Source of the DNA: Acidobacteriota bacterium
GTDB taxonomy: Bacteria > Patescibacteriota > Saccharimonadia > Saccharimonadales > Saccharimonadaceae
Length of the DNA: 62,069 nt
NCBI GenBank assembly: GCA_050258515.1
Contig: JBLMYW010000027.1
Coordinates: forward strand, 1 to 62,069
Reading direction: 5' to 3'
A model generated the notes under the pieces. It was not told the DNA's origin, made no database searches, and saw only the letters and a program-made list of their open reading frames with translations. Each line of letters begins with the position of its first letter. Position 1 is the first letter of the stretch. The translations under genes were made by a program, and so were the position numbers. Shown here piece after piece: positions 10,333-20,981 of this stretch.

Positions 10333-11979
10333 TTAAAATTTTTCGCGGATGTGGGCAAAGCTATATTCCCAGGTCGCGTCGGTCTTCTTATGCGGATTAA
10401 AAATATTGAGCGGGTCATACAGCTGCTTAATGTCGCGCATGTAGCCGAGTACATTCGCGCTGTACATCTGTTCCAACCACGGGCCGCGGATCATACCGTC
10501 GTTATGCTCGCCACTTAAGCTACCGCCATATTTTAGCACTAAGTTATTCACTTCTTTCATGGCCGGCTCTAGCTTGGCGCGCTCCTTAGGATCCTCGATT
10601 TTCATCAGCGGAATCACATGGAAGTTACCGTCGCCTAAATGCCCGGCGATTGTCGCGAGTAATTTATACTTTTTAATTATCGCTTGCAGCTGCGGCAAAA
10701 ACTCACTTAGGCGAGCTGGTGGCACCACAAAGTCATCAATAAACGGTGCGGTATGCTTGTCCTTCACTTTGCTGCGCAGCAAGTTGAAGCTCTCCCGGCG
10801 CATCAGCCAGAACTTGCGGCTGGATGCCTCGTCAGGGTTCTCTTCCATGTAGGTAAACTTAAACTTTTTAAGGTTTTGCTTGGCAGTGTGGATTTTTACC
10901 TTTACTTCCTCTTCGCTATTGCCGGTAAATTCTATCAGCAAAATCATCTTAGGGATACCACGGAATAGTGCCAGTCCGTCAGGGATCAACTGCAGACACA
11001 TCATCATCCAGCTAATAAACCCCAGGCGCTTAATGAATGCAAAAATAAACTTAAAACTAAGCCATAGCGTGTTGTCGTCAAAGCATTCAAATGTCGCCGG
11101 CTTTTGCTCTAGCACCGCTGGGATAAGTTCACCCAAATTATCGATACCTTTCATATAGCACACCAGCGTACCAGAATGACTTGGCTTAGGCACCAGGTTA
11201 AGTGTCGCTTCCGTCATCAACCCCAGGGTACCCTGCGCACCCACGAACAGCTTGGTTAGGTCAAAGATACCCGATCCCCTATCCCACACATTCCATAGGT
11301 GGTAGCCAGTTGAATCCTTGCTTACTTTCGGTGCAGCCGCCTTGATCTCGTCGTAATGTTTATCTAGCAGGTCAAACGTATCGCGGTACAACCTGCCCTC
11401 AAAGGTATCTTTAGCGATTTTCGCATTCAGCTCATCGCGTGTCAGCGGCTTAATCTCATATGCGTTACCATCAGATAGTACCATTTTCATGTTGGTGACA
11501 TACTTATCGGTTTTACCAAATTCTAGCGATTTCTCACCACCCGAGTTGTTATTGACAATTCCGCCCATACCGGCAAGTTCGCGGCTGGCAGGGTAGCTAG
11601 GCAAAATGCTGCCATACTTCAGCGTTTCTACCTCAAAATCCTTATACATCATGCCCGGCTGCACGGTAGCGCTTTGGGCGCTCACATTGGTAGCGGCCGT
11701 CATATAACGGCTGGTGTCCATGATGATTGAATCATTAATAGCCGCGCCCGACATATCAGTACCGCGCGAACGAGCCGTCACGCTAAGATTCGGCACGTCT
11801 TTTTTATGTTCGCGGGCAAACTGCACGATTGCCTGTACATCCTCACCGTCTTTCGGAAACACCACTACTTGGGGCTTCAATTCAAACAAGCTGGCATCGT
11901 GGCTATAAAATTCACGGGTTTCATCGGTTGTATCTACGTCACCCTTAATAATCTTGGCTAGTTCACTTGCTATATCCAT
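10333..11979 (-). CDS. FAD-linked oxidoreductase (GlcD / D-lactate dehydrogenase-like)
   Basis: PCMH-type FAD region, GAQGTLG, AGHLGDGNFH, SGEHNDG and DPLNIFNP motifs. Confidence 0.88.
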   Translation of the reverse strand: MDIASELAKIIKGDVDTTDETREFYSHDASLFELKPQVVVFPKDGEDVQAIVQFAREHKKDVPNLSVTARSRGTDMSGAAINDSIIMDTSRYMTAATNVSAQSATVQPGMMYKDFEVETLKYGSILPSYPASRELAGMGGIVNNNSGGEKSLEFGKTDKYVTNMKMVLSDGNAYEIKPLTRDELNAKIAKDTFEGRLYRDTFDLLDKHYDEIKAAAPKVSKDSTGYHLWNVWDRGSGIFDLTKLFVGAQGTLGLMTEATLNLVPKPSHSGTLVCYMKGIDNLGELIPAVLEQKPATFECFDDNTLWLSFKFIFAFIKRLGFISWMMMCLQLIPDGLALFRGIPKMILLIEFTGNSEEEVKVKIHTAKQNLKKFKFTYMEENPDEASSRKFWLMRRESFNLLRSKVKDKHTAPFIDDFVVPPARLSEFLPQLQAIIKKYKLLATIAGHLGDGNFHVIPLMKIEDPKERAKLEPAMKEVNNLVLKYGGSLSGEHNDGMIRGPWLEQMYSANVLGYMRDIKQLYDPLNIFNPHKKTDATWEYSFAHIREKF

Positions 11980-12053
11980 ATACCCTTATGGTAGCGGTTC
12001 CGCCACATAAGCACAAGTAGTATGCTAAAATTAAACTATATAAGGGAGATGGT

Positions 12054-12266
12054 ATGAAAAAAAGCAAAATAACTGACTTCATATTAACCGCTGGCGCACT
12101 CGCAATCAGTGCCGGCGTTGCATTGCTGGCGGCACTGAAAATGATCGATACCAATACGGCAATCGTATTCGTTGCACTTAGTGTAGCTTGTGTCGCGATG
12201 TCATTAATCGATTTCGAATCGTCCACTACTTCTACCCGCAGCAAAAAAGCCAAAAAACGCCGATAA
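12054..12266 (+). CDS. Small two-TM membrane protein
   Basis: GGGAG RBS, two hydrophobic helices, basic tail. Confidence 0.65.
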   Translation: MKKSKITDFILTAGALAISAGVALLAALKMIDTNTAIVFVALSVACVAMSLIDFESSTTSTRSKKAKKRR

Positions 12267-12278
12267 TTTACTGCTCGC

Positions 12279-13400
12279 ATGAAGCTATTTTTCCGTATCA
12301 TTGGGTCAATATTCGGCACGCTCCGTGCCGAATACAGGCAACTCGCCAACCGCTATTTTGGCAAGGTAGAGCGGTTTAACGGCGATGCGCGAAGTATCTG
12401 CGGACAAATACTCAGCTTACTATGGGAGGGGGATTTTTACCGCACCTCCTTAGGCCACTTTAATTTCTTTTGGATGCGTGATTTTGGTACCGTGTGCGAA
12501 TCGCTCGTAAACACCGGCAACCGCTCACGAGTGCATCACACATTGCGCTGGGCCCTGCGGCATTATCGCCGTTCTGGCCATATGACAACCTGTATCGATA
12601 AGGCTGGTAACTGTTTTAACGCGCCAGGCCACAGCATCGATGCGCTACCCTGGCTACTGCATTGTATCGTAGTGAGTGATTTCCCGCTTAATAAGGCCGA
12701 CGTACGTTTTTTAAATAAAGAACTTATAAAGCATCGCAAAAAGTACCTCGATGACTATGGACACGTACGCACCATGAAATTTGCCGAGATGCGTGATGCC
12801 GTACTATACGACCGCAGCGCCTATGCTATTAGCCTTGTAGCCCGCATGACAGAATGCGCCCGCCGTCTGGGGCTAAACGTAGAATTTTCTGCCGCTCAGT
12901 ACCAGGAATTGCTGGTGCGGCACTACTGGAACGGACACTACTTTCAGGCGGATTTTCATAATAAGGCATTTAGCGCCGAGTGTGCGCTCTTCCCTTTTTT
13001 CCTTGGGGTCATTACCGATGAATCTATGGTAAATCAAACCGTTACCTACATCGAAAAACAGCGACTCAACCAACCCTACCCGCTTATTTACACCAAAACG
13101 CCCGAAAAATTTCGCTACCACTGGTGGATGACCGCACCTTGGATGCCTAATTACCAAGGCAGTACTATTTGGAGCTGGCACGGCGAATATTATCTGCACT
13201 TATTGCAGCGCTACAGGCACCCGCACTACGCGCGCGAATACAAAAAGTTCTGTGAGATGATCGAGCTGCATGGTAATTTCCCCGAGATGCTGAATCTTGA
13301 CGGTAGCTGGTATAATGCGCCGGTATATCGCGGTGACCCAGGTATGGTATGGGTAGCCTTATTTTTAGAGCTGCCCACCCCTATTCAAAACAGGAAATAG
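12279..13400 (+). CDS. Putative six-hairpin glycosidase-like protein
   Basis: FWMRDF motif, aromatic-rich, NYQGSTIW and FPEML motifs typical of (alpha/alpha)6 glycoside hydrolases; family uncertain. Confidence 0.55.
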   Translation: MKLFFRIIGSIFGTLRAEYRQLANRYFGKVERFNGDARSICGQILSLLWEGDFYRTSLGHFNFFWMRDFGTVCESLVNTGNRSRVHHTLRWALRHYRRSGHMTTCIDKAGNCFNAPGHSIDALPWLLHCIVVSDFPLNKADVRFLNKELIKHRKKYLDDYGHVRTMKFAEMRDAVLYDRSAYAISLVARMTECARRLGLNVEFSAAQYQELLVRHYWNGHYFQADFHNKAFSAECALFPFFLGVITDESMVNQTVTYIEKQRLNQPYPLIYTKTPEKFRYHWWMTAPWMPNYQGSTIWSWHGEYYLHLLQRYRHPHYAREYKKFCEMIELHGNFPEMLNLDGSWYNAPVYRGDPGMVWVALFLELPTPIQNRK

Positions 13401-13495
13401 CCTGCCTGTTGTTGGTAAAACATAGCCTTTTTACCCTGCTCTGCTGAATTTCGGCTTATAATATAAGAATACTAACTAAATTCGGGAGGGTTAGA

Positions 13496-16400
13496 ATGCA
13501 ATTAACCGTTCATAAACGTAAAACATGGAGGCTTTCAGCTATCATCCTAGCGGTGCTTGCTGCCGTGTCAATTCCATTGGCGATACAGCTCCGGTCGGCG
13601 TCGGCTGTGGCTACATCCGCCACTATCAATGGCAGTACGCGCGCCATTGACGGCACCAATACCTGGCGCGGTACAAATCAGATGATTATGTACACCTACA
13701 GTAGCAGCCAAACAAGTGTACCGACTGCGATGTCAAACCAATGGGGTATTGAGGTCGCTGTTAACGCAAGCGGTGTTATTACCGCGAAAAACGATCGCCT
13801 TAGTAGTGGCTCGACTACTGGTACGCCTATTCCGGTCAATGGCTACGTGCTATCAGGCCACGGCTGGGGCACCAGCACTAGCGGCTACACCTGGCTACTG
13901 CAAAACGCCACTGTAGGTGCGACCGTTAACCTAAATGGCCAGACGCCAACGCAACCGCCAAGCGATTTTAATAGCGATGGCGTAAAGCTGGCGGCACCAG
14001 CCGTAACGGTAAACGGTAGCAACGTTACCTACAACTGGACCGTCCAGACCAACAAGTCTGTCACGTTCCGCTATCTACAGGTAGCCGTACGACCGGGCGA
14101 CCGCGACACCGGCTTTAACAACAACACGACAGTAAATGGCACCCGCTCATTCACAAGCACGCACTCGCTGCCTAATGGCACGTACACTGCCTTTACTGCC
14201 TACTATTTGACCTCTACAAACAAATGGGTAAACGGCCCAAGCGTCGAGTTCACCGTAGGGGGTAGCGCACCAAGCGATACTACCGCACCAAGCGTGTCGG
14301 TAACTGCCCCAAGCAACAATACGACCGTTACTAAGGGCGATGTGGTGAATGTTGCGGCGAATGCCAGCGATAATGTCGGTGTATCTCGGGTTGAGTTTGT
14401 TATCGATGGCAGCGTAGCCGGCACCGATACAAGCGCACCATATACCTATGATTGGAGTACGAGTGGTGTAAATACTGGTGCACATACCATTGTTGCCAAG
14501 GCCTACGATGCGGCTGGTAACACTGCGACATCGGGCACTGTCAACGTGACCGTGGATGCACCAGTAGTACCAACAGTTACTGCAACCGCCACAATGACTA
14601 GCGATAGCCAAGCAAAGCTGTCTTGGACTACCACCGGTGGCACCAATCCGACACAGTGGACCGTCGGACGTGACGGCATCGATGCGGGCGGCTACGGCGC
14701 CTGGAGTGAAAATGTTCCTGGCGATCGTCGTGAACATGTGTTTAACTACTTGCGCCCTGGTGATACGTACACACTTACGGTATCGGCAAGTGATGGACGG
14801 AGTGCACAGGCTATCATTACCGTACCAACCCCGACCCCTACTGACACCACCGCTCCCACCACGAACATCACTGCACCAAGCAACAACAGCTCGGCAGTTA
14901 TTGGTGATACCGTTGCCATTGCAGCCAATGCTAGCGACAATGTAGGTGTGACAAAGGTAGAGTTTTTGGTGAATGGTACTGTCACAAACACTGATACCTC
15001 GGCTCCTTATACTTACGCCTGGGATACAGCTGGCACATCTGCCGGTAACTACACTCTGACCACACGTGCCTACGATGCCGCAGGCAACATAGGTACTTCT
15101 GCTGCTGTTACAGTAGCACTCACTTCACCGCAACAACCAACGGTTACTGCTAGCGCAACTGCTAATGGTGATCAGGCGACACTATTCTGGACTACCACTG
15201 GCGGTACCGACCCAGTAGAATGGACTGTTGGCCGCGATGGCGTTGATACTGATGGCTATGGTGCATGGAGCGAGAACGTTCCTGGCGATCGTCGCTCACA
15301 TACCTTCAACTACCTACGCGCTGGCGACACCTATACCCTTACCGTATCAGCCAGTGATGGACGTAGCGCTAGCGCCGTCATCACTATGCCAGCAGCACCA
15401 AATCCACCAGCTGACACAACAGCTCCAAGTGTATCGCTGACTGCACCAAGCAATAACAGCTCGGCAACTGTAGGTAGCACCGTTACGCTATCGGCAAACG
15501 CCAGTGACAACGTAGGCGTAGCCAAGGTAGAGTTTTTGGTGAACGGCAGCGTGGTGAATACCGATACCACTAGTCCCTACAGCTTCGCCTGGAACACCAC
15601 TGGCCGCACCGCAGGCAGCTATACCATCACCGCAAGGGCATATGATGCCGCAAACAACGCCACCACTTCAAGCGCCACCACTATCAGCCTTACCAGCACC
15701 ACACCACCCGCTACGGGCGACTGGCTATCTGGTGTGGCCACAGTAGAAAACGGCAATGGCGCCGACCCAGCCAAGTACTTTGGCGACTGGCGCGGTACAC
15801 CAATCGAAATCGGCCAAACGTGGCCACACACGCCAGATGTATGGGGCATCAACCCATCAGTTGCTAACTCATGGTCTGGCTGGCAAGGCCCAATCAGCCT
15901 ATCATACACTCCAGGCCCAGACTGGAAGGGCTTGCAAGGCTGGCGCTCGTACGCAGCTATCGCCCGTGGCGACATGGATGCCTGGTGGCGTGCAGCCGCC
16001 AAGCAGACCAAAGAGTTCCGCCAAGGCAAAGGTACTACCTACGTAAGCCCATTCTACGAATACAATGGCGACTGGATGTTCTATTCGGTAAGCCGCACCA
16101 CCCAAGGCATGGCAGACTTCCGTGCTGCGTGGGAGCGCGTGGCAGCTATCTGGCGCCAAGAGTTCCCAGGGGTGCGAATGGTGCTACCAGCAGCATGTGC
16201 CCGCGATGTACCACAGGCCATGATGCCCGCCCAAAACAGCTACGACCACATTGGTTGTACTATCTATAACGCATGGCCATGGCAGGCGAATGGCGGCGAA
16301 GCAGTTCGCTTGCTAGAAGTAGGCCGCCAACGTGCGCTTGCGAACGGCAAGAGCCTGGTAATTACCGAGTGGGCGAATAGCGCCAACGGTAGCGTCCCAG

Positions 16401-16612
16401 GTGGCGGTGGCGACGGCCCTGGCTTTATCCAGGCCTTCCACAGCTACTTCACCCAGCATAGTGGCACTGGCCCTGGCCAACTCGAGTTTGAAACCTTCTT
16501 CAATATCGATGGCTACGACCTCGACCACATCCTGCTCCGCAGGAACGGCTCACAGGTGATAGTAAATCCAACGCAGCCACAAACTGCTGCAAAGTACCAG
16601 CAGTTGTTCTAA
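13496..16612 (+). CDS. Secreted Ig-like-repeat protein with C-terminal GH26-like glycoside hydrolase domain
   Basis: Signal peptide; three DTTAP..TAPSNN..ASDNVGV..VEF Ig repeats; two FN3-like repeats; PFYEYNGDW and VITEW clan-A-like catalytic motifs. Confidence 0.75.
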   Translation: MQLTVHKRKTWRLSAIILAVLAAVSIPLAIQLRSASAVATSATINGSTRAIDGTNTWRGTNQMIMYTYSSSQTSVPTAMSNQWGIEVAVNASGVITAKNDRLSSGSTTGTPIPVNGYVLSGHGWGTSTSGYTWLLQNATVGATVNLNGQTPTQPPSDFNSDGVKLAAPAVTVNGSNVTYNWTVQTNKSVTFRYLQVAVRPGDRDTGFNNNTTVNGTRSFTSTHSLPNGTYTAFTAYYLTSTNKWVNGPSVEFTVGGSAPSDTTAPSVSVTAPSNNTTVTKGDVVNVAANASDNVGVSRVEFVIDGSVAGTDTSAPYTYDWSTSGVNTGAHTIVAKAYDAAGNTATSGTVNVTVDAPVVPTVTATATMTSDSQAKLSWTTTGGTNPTQWTVGRDGIDAGGYGAWSENVPGDRREHVFNYLRPGDTYTLTVSASDGRSAQAIITVPTPTPTDTTAPTTNITAPSNNSSAVIGDTVAIAANASDNVGVTKVEFLVNGTVTNTDTSAPYTYAWDTAGTSAGNYTLTTRAYDAAGNIGTSAAVTVALTSPQQPTVTASATANGDQATLFWTTTGGTDPVEWTVGRDGVDTDGYGAWSENVPGDRRSHTFNYLRAGDTYTLTVSASDGRSASAVITMPAAPNPPADTTAPSVSLTAPSNNSSATVGSTVTLSANASDNVGVAKVEFLVNGSVVNTDTTSPYSFAWNTTGRTAGSYTITARAYDAANNATTSSATTISLTSTTPPATGDWLSGVATVENGNGADPAKYFGDWRGTPIEIGQTWPHTPDVWGINPSVANSWSGWQGPISLSYTPGPDWKGLQGWRSYAAIARGDMDAWWRAAAKQTKEFRQGKGTTYVSPFYEYNGDWMFYSVSRTTQGMADFRAAWERVAAIWRQEFPGVRMVLPAACARDVPQAMMPAQNSYDHIGCTIYNAWPWQANGGEAVRLLEVGRQRALANGKSLVITEWANSANGSVPGGGGDGPGFIQAFHSYFTQHSGTGPGQLEFETFFNIDGYDLDHILLRRNGSQVIVNPTQPQTAAKYQQLF
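14275..15695 (+). repeat. Intragenic alternating domain repeats (Ig x3, FN3-like x2)
   Basis: Repeated nucleotide blocks such as CACCAAGCAA(C/T)AA and GTTCCTGGCGATCGTCG; boundaries approximate. Confidence 0.8.
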
Positions 16613-16631
16613 CACTGCTCGTACCTGTACT

Positions 16632-16661
16632 AAATAGCCAGCTTCACCAGCTGGCTATTTT
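16632..16661 (+). terminator. Intrinsic terminator
   Basis: AAATAGCCAGCT-tcacc-AGCTGGCTATTTT. Confidence 0.8.
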
Positions 16662-16694
16662 ACTACCTGCCGCTTGGAGGGTACAATGATACAT

Positions 16695-17066
16695 ATGAAA
16701 TATGAAGGAACCAAATTGGCGGACTTTACGCCTATCGACAAAGTAACCGAGCTGCAAATCATTGATATATCAGAGGGTACCGGCGCTACCGTGCAACCAG
16801 GTGCTAAAATTACCGCCCATTACACGGGCGCATTGTGCAAAAATGGTATCATTTTTCAAAGTAGCCATGATTTTGGCAAGGCTATCACCTTTGGGCTCGA
16901 CCAAGTTATCAAAGGCTGGACGAATGGTGTGCCTGGCATGAAAGTCGGCGGCATGCGCCGGCTTATCATTCCAAGCGAAATGGCCTACGGCTCAGTGCGA
17001 GCCGCGGCCAATATTCCGCCAAACAGCGATTTAGTATTTGATATCGAGCTAGTTGATATCAAATAG
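16695..17066 (+). CDS. FKBP-type peptidyl-prolyl isomerase
   Basis: HYTG, VIKGW, GMKVGG.RRLIIP.EMAYG and IPPNSDLVFDIEL motifs; start could also be 16686. Confidence 0.93.
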   Translation: MKYEGTKLADFTPIDKVTELQIIDISEGTGATVQPGAKITAHYTGALCKNGIIFQSSHDFGKAITFGLDQVIKGWTNGVPGMKVGGMRRLIIPSEMAYGSVRAAANIPPNSDLVFDIELVDIK

Positions 17067-17072
17067 CTTCGT

Positions 17073-17399
17073 TTATAACGTGTTCGCGATATCGGCTGGC
17101 GATGCCTCATAACGGCGCATGCCCGGCCCCGATGCTACAACTTCACGGTAGGTAGCTTCGTCAACATCCGTAGCATATGGCGTGCCCTCGGGGCGGCTAT
17201 ATTCGGATGGCGGTGCAGCAGGCATCTCCCTCCAATACTCTTTTATAAACGTCTCGAGCGCTTCTCGCCCCACATGGAGTGAAAAGCCATCCGGCCTCAC
17301 ACCCCAGCCGGCTTCAGATTCTATCCAACGCTGGCAAATAACCAGTTTTTGCTCTTGGCTACGCACTTGTCCTCCTTTCGCTTTACTGCAGGCTTGCAA
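17073..17399 (-). CDS. Hypothetical protein
   Basis: CQRWIESEAGWGVRPDGFSLH; protein-like composition; start uncertain. Confidence 0.55.
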   Translation of the reverse strand: MQACSKAKGGQVRSQEQKLVICQRWIESEAGWGVRPDGFSLHVGREALETFIKEYWREMPAAPPSEYSRPEGTPYATDVDEATYREVVASGPGMRRYEASPADIANTL

Positions 17400-17676
17400 T
17401 GAAACCGAGTATCAGCAACGTGCCAAGCGCGACATACAAGCTGTAGCGTGCCCAAATATTTGGCATCAGCGGGTCACCGACGGTGAGCTGCAGCGCCTCT
17501 TCTTTGGTGATATCTTTATGGTGCCAGCCGTCTTTTCCCAGCGTTGCGAGGATATAGTGGTATCCCCATGTGGTGCGCGAAATAAACATAAAATGCGCGT
17601 AGCGATAGCGATTATACACTACCTGCGTTTCGCTAATTTTCTTTTGTCGTACGGCCGAACCTGATCCCCAAAACAC
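17383..17676 (-). CDS. Hypothetical protein with C-terminal TM segment
   Basis: GGAGAG RBS-like element, C-terminal hydrophobic helix, operon-like spacing. Confidence 0.5.
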   Translation of the reverse strand: MFWGSGSAVRQKKISETQVVYNRYRYAHFMFISRTTWGYHYILATLGKDGWHHKDITKEEALQLTVGDPLMPNIWARYSLYVALGTLLILGFIASLQ

Positions 17677-17696
17677 TCTCCATGCTCCAATCTAGG

Positions 17697-17966
17697 CTAT
17701 TGTTTGCGGCCCGAAATTGCTTTCCAAATAAATAGCACAATGACCGCGCCCACCACGGCAACAACAAAGCTCCATAGGTTAAAGCCAGTCACGCCAGCGC
17801 CGCCGAATAAGCCAAACACCCAGCCGCCCACGACACCACCGATTACACCGGCGATGATATTACCAAGCAAGCCTTGGCGCGCGTTCGTCCCTGCAAACAT
17901 AGATGCAACCCACCCAGCCAAACCGCCAAGTACGATCCACCCTACAATTCCTAGTCCACCATCCAT
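17697..17966 (-). CDS. GlsB/YeaQ/YmgE family membrane protein
   Basis: GWIVLGGLAGWVAS...GNIIAGVIG...SFVVAVVGAVIVL; AGGAGG RBS before ATG 17966. Confidence 0.92.
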   Translation of the reverse strand: MDGGLGIVGWIVLGGLAGWVASMFAGTNARQGLLGNIIAGVIGGVVGGWVFGLFGGAGVTGFNLWSFVVAVVGAVIVLFIWKAISGRKQ

Positions 17967-18029
17967 AGAACACCTCCTTTGGAGTTTATGATTGTACTTA
18001 CTAGTATACACCCGACTTATGCGACAATC

Positions 18030-18063
18030 AAAACACCCGCCCATACACAAGAGCGGGTGTTTT
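18030..18063 (-). terminator. dnaK terminator
   Basis: AAAACACCCGC-N12-GCGGGTGTTTT hairpin. Confidence 0.7.
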
Positions 18064-18076
18064 GCTAATTTATCGC

Positions 18077-19984
18077 TTATTTTTTATCTTTTTTGTCGTC
18101 TTTCTCGTCTACGACTTCGCCCTCTACCGGCTCGTCTTTTTTATCATCGGCTGCTTCGCCTTCTTCTGGCTTTGCTTCTTCGGCAGCAGCCTGGTACATC
18201 TTGGCACCGATTGGCATGATAGCGTCGTTCAGCGCCTTTACGGCTGCTTCCAGCTCATCTTTGTCTTCGCTATCCTTATGCTTTTCAGCTTCCGCTACAG
18301 CGTCTTCGATGGCCTTTTTATCGTCATCTGAGATCTTATCCTTGAACTCATCAGGCATCTTTTTTGCCTGGTAAATGGCATTTTCTAGACCATTTTTGGC
18401 GTCGATTGCTTCGCGCTTTTTCTTGTCTTCATCAGCGTGCGCTTCGGCGTCTTTTTGCGCCTTTTCGATATCTTCCTTAGACATATTGCCGGAATCTTGG
18501 ATAGTGATCGACTGTTCCTTGCCAGTGCCCTTATCTTTAGCGGTCACATTGAGTAAGCCGTTGGCATCAATGTTAAACGTGACTTCGATTTGTGGCACGC
18601 CACGGGGGGCGGGCGCGATACCGTCTAACACGAATCGGCCGAGCGATTTGTTATCAGCAGCAAACTCACGTTCACCCTGGAGCACGTGGATTTCTACCTG
18701 CGGCTGGTTGTCACTCGCGGTAGAGAACGTCTCACTCTTAGAGGTTGGCACGGTGGTATTGCGCTCGATCAGCTTAGTGCTCACACCGCCCATGGTTTCG
18801 ATACCAAGGCTCAGCGGCGTCACATCAAGCAGCAGCACATCCTTTACGTCACCGGCCAGCACACCACCCTGTATAGCGGCACCCACAGCCACAACTTCGT
18901 CCGGGTTCACACCTTGCATTGGGTCTTTGCCGAACAACTTCTTCACGCGCTCAACCACGCTCGGCATACGGGTCATACCACCCACCAGCACGATCTCGTT
19001 GATGTCGCTCTTACTCAGCTTAGCGTCTTTTAGTGCCTTTTCAACTGGGCCGTCTAGGCGGTCAAGTAGCGGTTTTACAAGATCTTCCAGCTTCGCACGG
19101 GTTAGCTTCAGCTCGAAGTGCTTTGGCCCATCAGCATCTGCTGTGATGAACGGAATATTCACTTCGTACTCGGCAGTAGTCGAAAGCTCCTTCTTCGCCT
19201 TTTCAGCCTCGTCCTTCAGGCGCTGCATAGCAGCGTTATCTTTGCGAAGGTCAATGCCATCGGTCTTCTTAAATTCATCGAGGAAGTAATTCACGATAGC
19301 GTTGTCGAAGTCTTCACCACCAAGGTGCGTATCACCGTTGGTTGATTTTACTTCAAACACGCCGTCGCCAAGCTCAAGCACCGATACGTCAAAGGTACCG
19401 CCACCGAGGTCAAATACCACGATTTTTTCCTCTTTCGCCTTTTCTAGGCCGTAGGCAAGTGCCGCGGCTGTCGGCTCGTTGATAATTCGCTTGACCTCTA
19501 GGCCAGCGATCTTACCAGCATCTTTAGTGGCCTGGCGCTGGCTGTCATCGAAGTACGCAGGAACGGTAATAACCGCTTCGGTGACTTTTTCGCCAAGAAA
19601 TGCTTCGGCGTCAGCCTTGATCTTAGAAAGGATCATTGCTGACACTTCTTCTGGTGTGTATTCCTTGTCGCCCATTTTTACACCCACACCGTTTTTGTGC
19701 TTCACGATTTCGTACGGCATAATATCAAGGTCTTTTTGGACTTCTTTATCACCCCATTTGCGGCCGATCAGGCGCTTTACGCCGTAAATGGTGTTTTTAG
19801 GGTTGGTAACGCGCTGACGCTGAGCCACCTGGCCCACCAGGCGCTCGCCGCTTTTATTGATTGCTACCACGCTTGGCGTAGTACGATTACCTTCTGCGTT
19901 CGCGATAACTTCTGGCTTGCCCGCTACTAGGTAAGCAAAGGCGCTGTTCGTTGTACCAAGGTCAATTCCGATGATTTTTCCCAT
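18077..19984 (-). CDS. dnaK: Chaperone DnaK
   Basis: [19 protein letters not shown] and [13 protein letters not shown] motifs. Confidence 0.99.
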   Translation of the reverse strand: MGKIIGIDLGTTNSAFAYLVAGKPEVIANAEGNRTTPSVVAINKSGERLVGQVAQRQRVTNPKNTIYGVKRLIGRKWGDKEVQKDLDIMPYEIVKHKNGVGVKMGDKEYTPEEVSAMILSKIKADAEAFLGEKVTEAVITVPAYFDDSQRQATKDAGKIAGLEVKRIINEPTAAALAYGLEKAKEEKIVVFDLGGGTFDVSVLELGDGVFEVKSTNGDTHLGGEDFDNAIVNYFLDEFKKTDGIDLRKDNAAMQRLKDEAEKAKKELSTTAEYEVNIPFITADADGPKHFELKLTRAKLEDLVKPLLDRLDGPVEKALKDAKLSKSDINEIVLVGGMTRMPSVVERVKKLFGKDPMQGVNPDEVVAVGAAIQGGVLAGDVKDVLLLDVTPLSLGIETMGGVSTKLIERNTTVPTSKSETFSTASDNQPQVEIHVLQGEREFAADNKSLGRFVLDGIAPAPRGVPQIEVTFNIDANGLLNVTAKDKGTGKEQSITIQDSGNMSKEDIEKAQKDAEAHADEDKKKREAIDAKNGLENAIYQAKKMPDEFKDKISDDDKKAIEDAVAEAEKHKDSEDKDELEAAVKALNDAIMPIGAKMYQAAAEEAKPEEGEAADDKKDEPVEGEVVDEKDDKKDKK

Positions 19985-20032
19985 AAATCTACTCTCCTTT
20001 ATTTCATTATATATACTTTATCTGATTATATT

Positions 20033-20059
20033 CTAGCACTCTACCTTGTAGATTGCCAA
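20033..20059. promoter_or_regulatory. Degenerate CIRCE upstream of dnaK
   Basis: CTAGCACTC-taccttgta-GATTGCCAA. Confidence 0.7.
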
Positions 20060-20078
20060 TATCTTCATTGTAATAAAA

Positions 20079-20105
20079 CTAGCACTCTCATGTCAAGAGT
20101 GCTAG
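20079..20105. promoter_or_regulatory. CIRCE upstream of dnaK
   Basis: CTAGCACTC-tcatgtcaa-GAGTGCTAG. Confidence 0.93.
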
Positions 20106-20147
20106 TTTATAAAATAAATAATGGCAAAAACTTGCTTTTGTAACTAC

Positions 20148-20441
20148 TTAGTCTGCGTGCTCTAAGGCTATGAGAGTAGCCGCTCGCGCGCTCAGTAGTA
20201 AGTAGCGTCGCCTCGTATTCTCGTAATGTGTCTCGCGCGCACCGTTACGCACGGTTGCAAGCCGTTCAAGCTCGCCACCCAGTAGTTCTTGTGCCACAAG
20301 CGATGACGGTACGCACTGGCCAAGCGCTGGTGCGTCTTCAGTCCATTCGTCCGGACTTGCGGTTGTTTCTTTGCTCCAGCTAGCCCTAATGGCCGCAACG
20401 ACTGCTTCACGTGAGTGGGGCATGACTATTCTCCTCCCCAC
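20148..20441 (-). CDS. YunG-like protein, possibly internally truncated
   Basis: SWSKETT...W....PALGQC..SSLVAQELLGG...HY motif; shorter than expected. Confidence 0.5.
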   Translation of the reverse strand: MGRRIVMPHSREAVVAAIRASWSKETTASPDEWTEDAPALGQCVPSSLVAQELLGGELERLATVRNGARETHYENTRRRYLLLSARAATLIALEHAD

Positions 20442-20493
20442 CCAATGTTAGATTATGTACTTAGTATAATGCAGAGTGCTTGGGTTAGGTAAA

Positions 20494-20958
20494 TTATTTG
20501 CGGGTAACTTTTACCATTGAATGGCGAATAGGGCTACCGCCAAGCGTGTAGCCGGACTGTAGTTCCTCGGCAATTACTTCGATGTCGCCAGTTGCGTCTT
20601 CATCAAACTGTACCGCCTGGTGCAGCTCGGGATTAAACGGCGTATCGGCGCTAGCATCGATTTTGGCTAAGTTTAGTTCGCCCAGAGATTTTTCGAGCTG
20701 CTTTACTAGCCCGGCCACACCCTTAACCCATTGGTGATCGGCGATATCATCTGGAATATGCGCCACGGCGCGCTCAATAGTATCAATGATAGGTAGTAGC
20801 TTCATGATGGCACGTATTTCACCGTCTTGGCGAGCACTGAGCTTTTCCGTGTCTACACGCTTGCGGTAGTTTTCAAAATCCGCGCGTAGGCGTTGCAAAT
20901 CAGCAGTTAGTTCGCCTACCTGCTGTTCTAGATCTTCTTGTACTTTACTCTTTGCCAT
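20494..20958 (-). CDS. grpE: Nucleotide exchange factor GrpE
   Basis: RLRADFENYRKR, FNPELHQAV and GY..GG..IRHSMVKV motifs. Confidence 0.96.
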   Translation of the reverse strand: MAKSKVQEDLEQQVGELTADLQRLRADFENYRKRVDTEKLSARQDGEIRAIMKLLPIIDTIERAVAHIPDDIADHQWVKGVAGLVKQLEKSLGELNLAKIDASADTPFNPELHQAVQFDEDATGDIEVIAEELQSGYTLGGSPIRHSMVKVTRK

Positions 20959-20981
20959 TGTTGCCTCATCTGTTATTTCAT

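Noticed and set aside
18093-19930. Long antisense ORFs over dnaK (likewise over dnaJ, ftsH, rimK and the 60945-61616 ORF)
   Set aside because: Shadow frames of strongly conserved or clearly coding genes on the opposite strand
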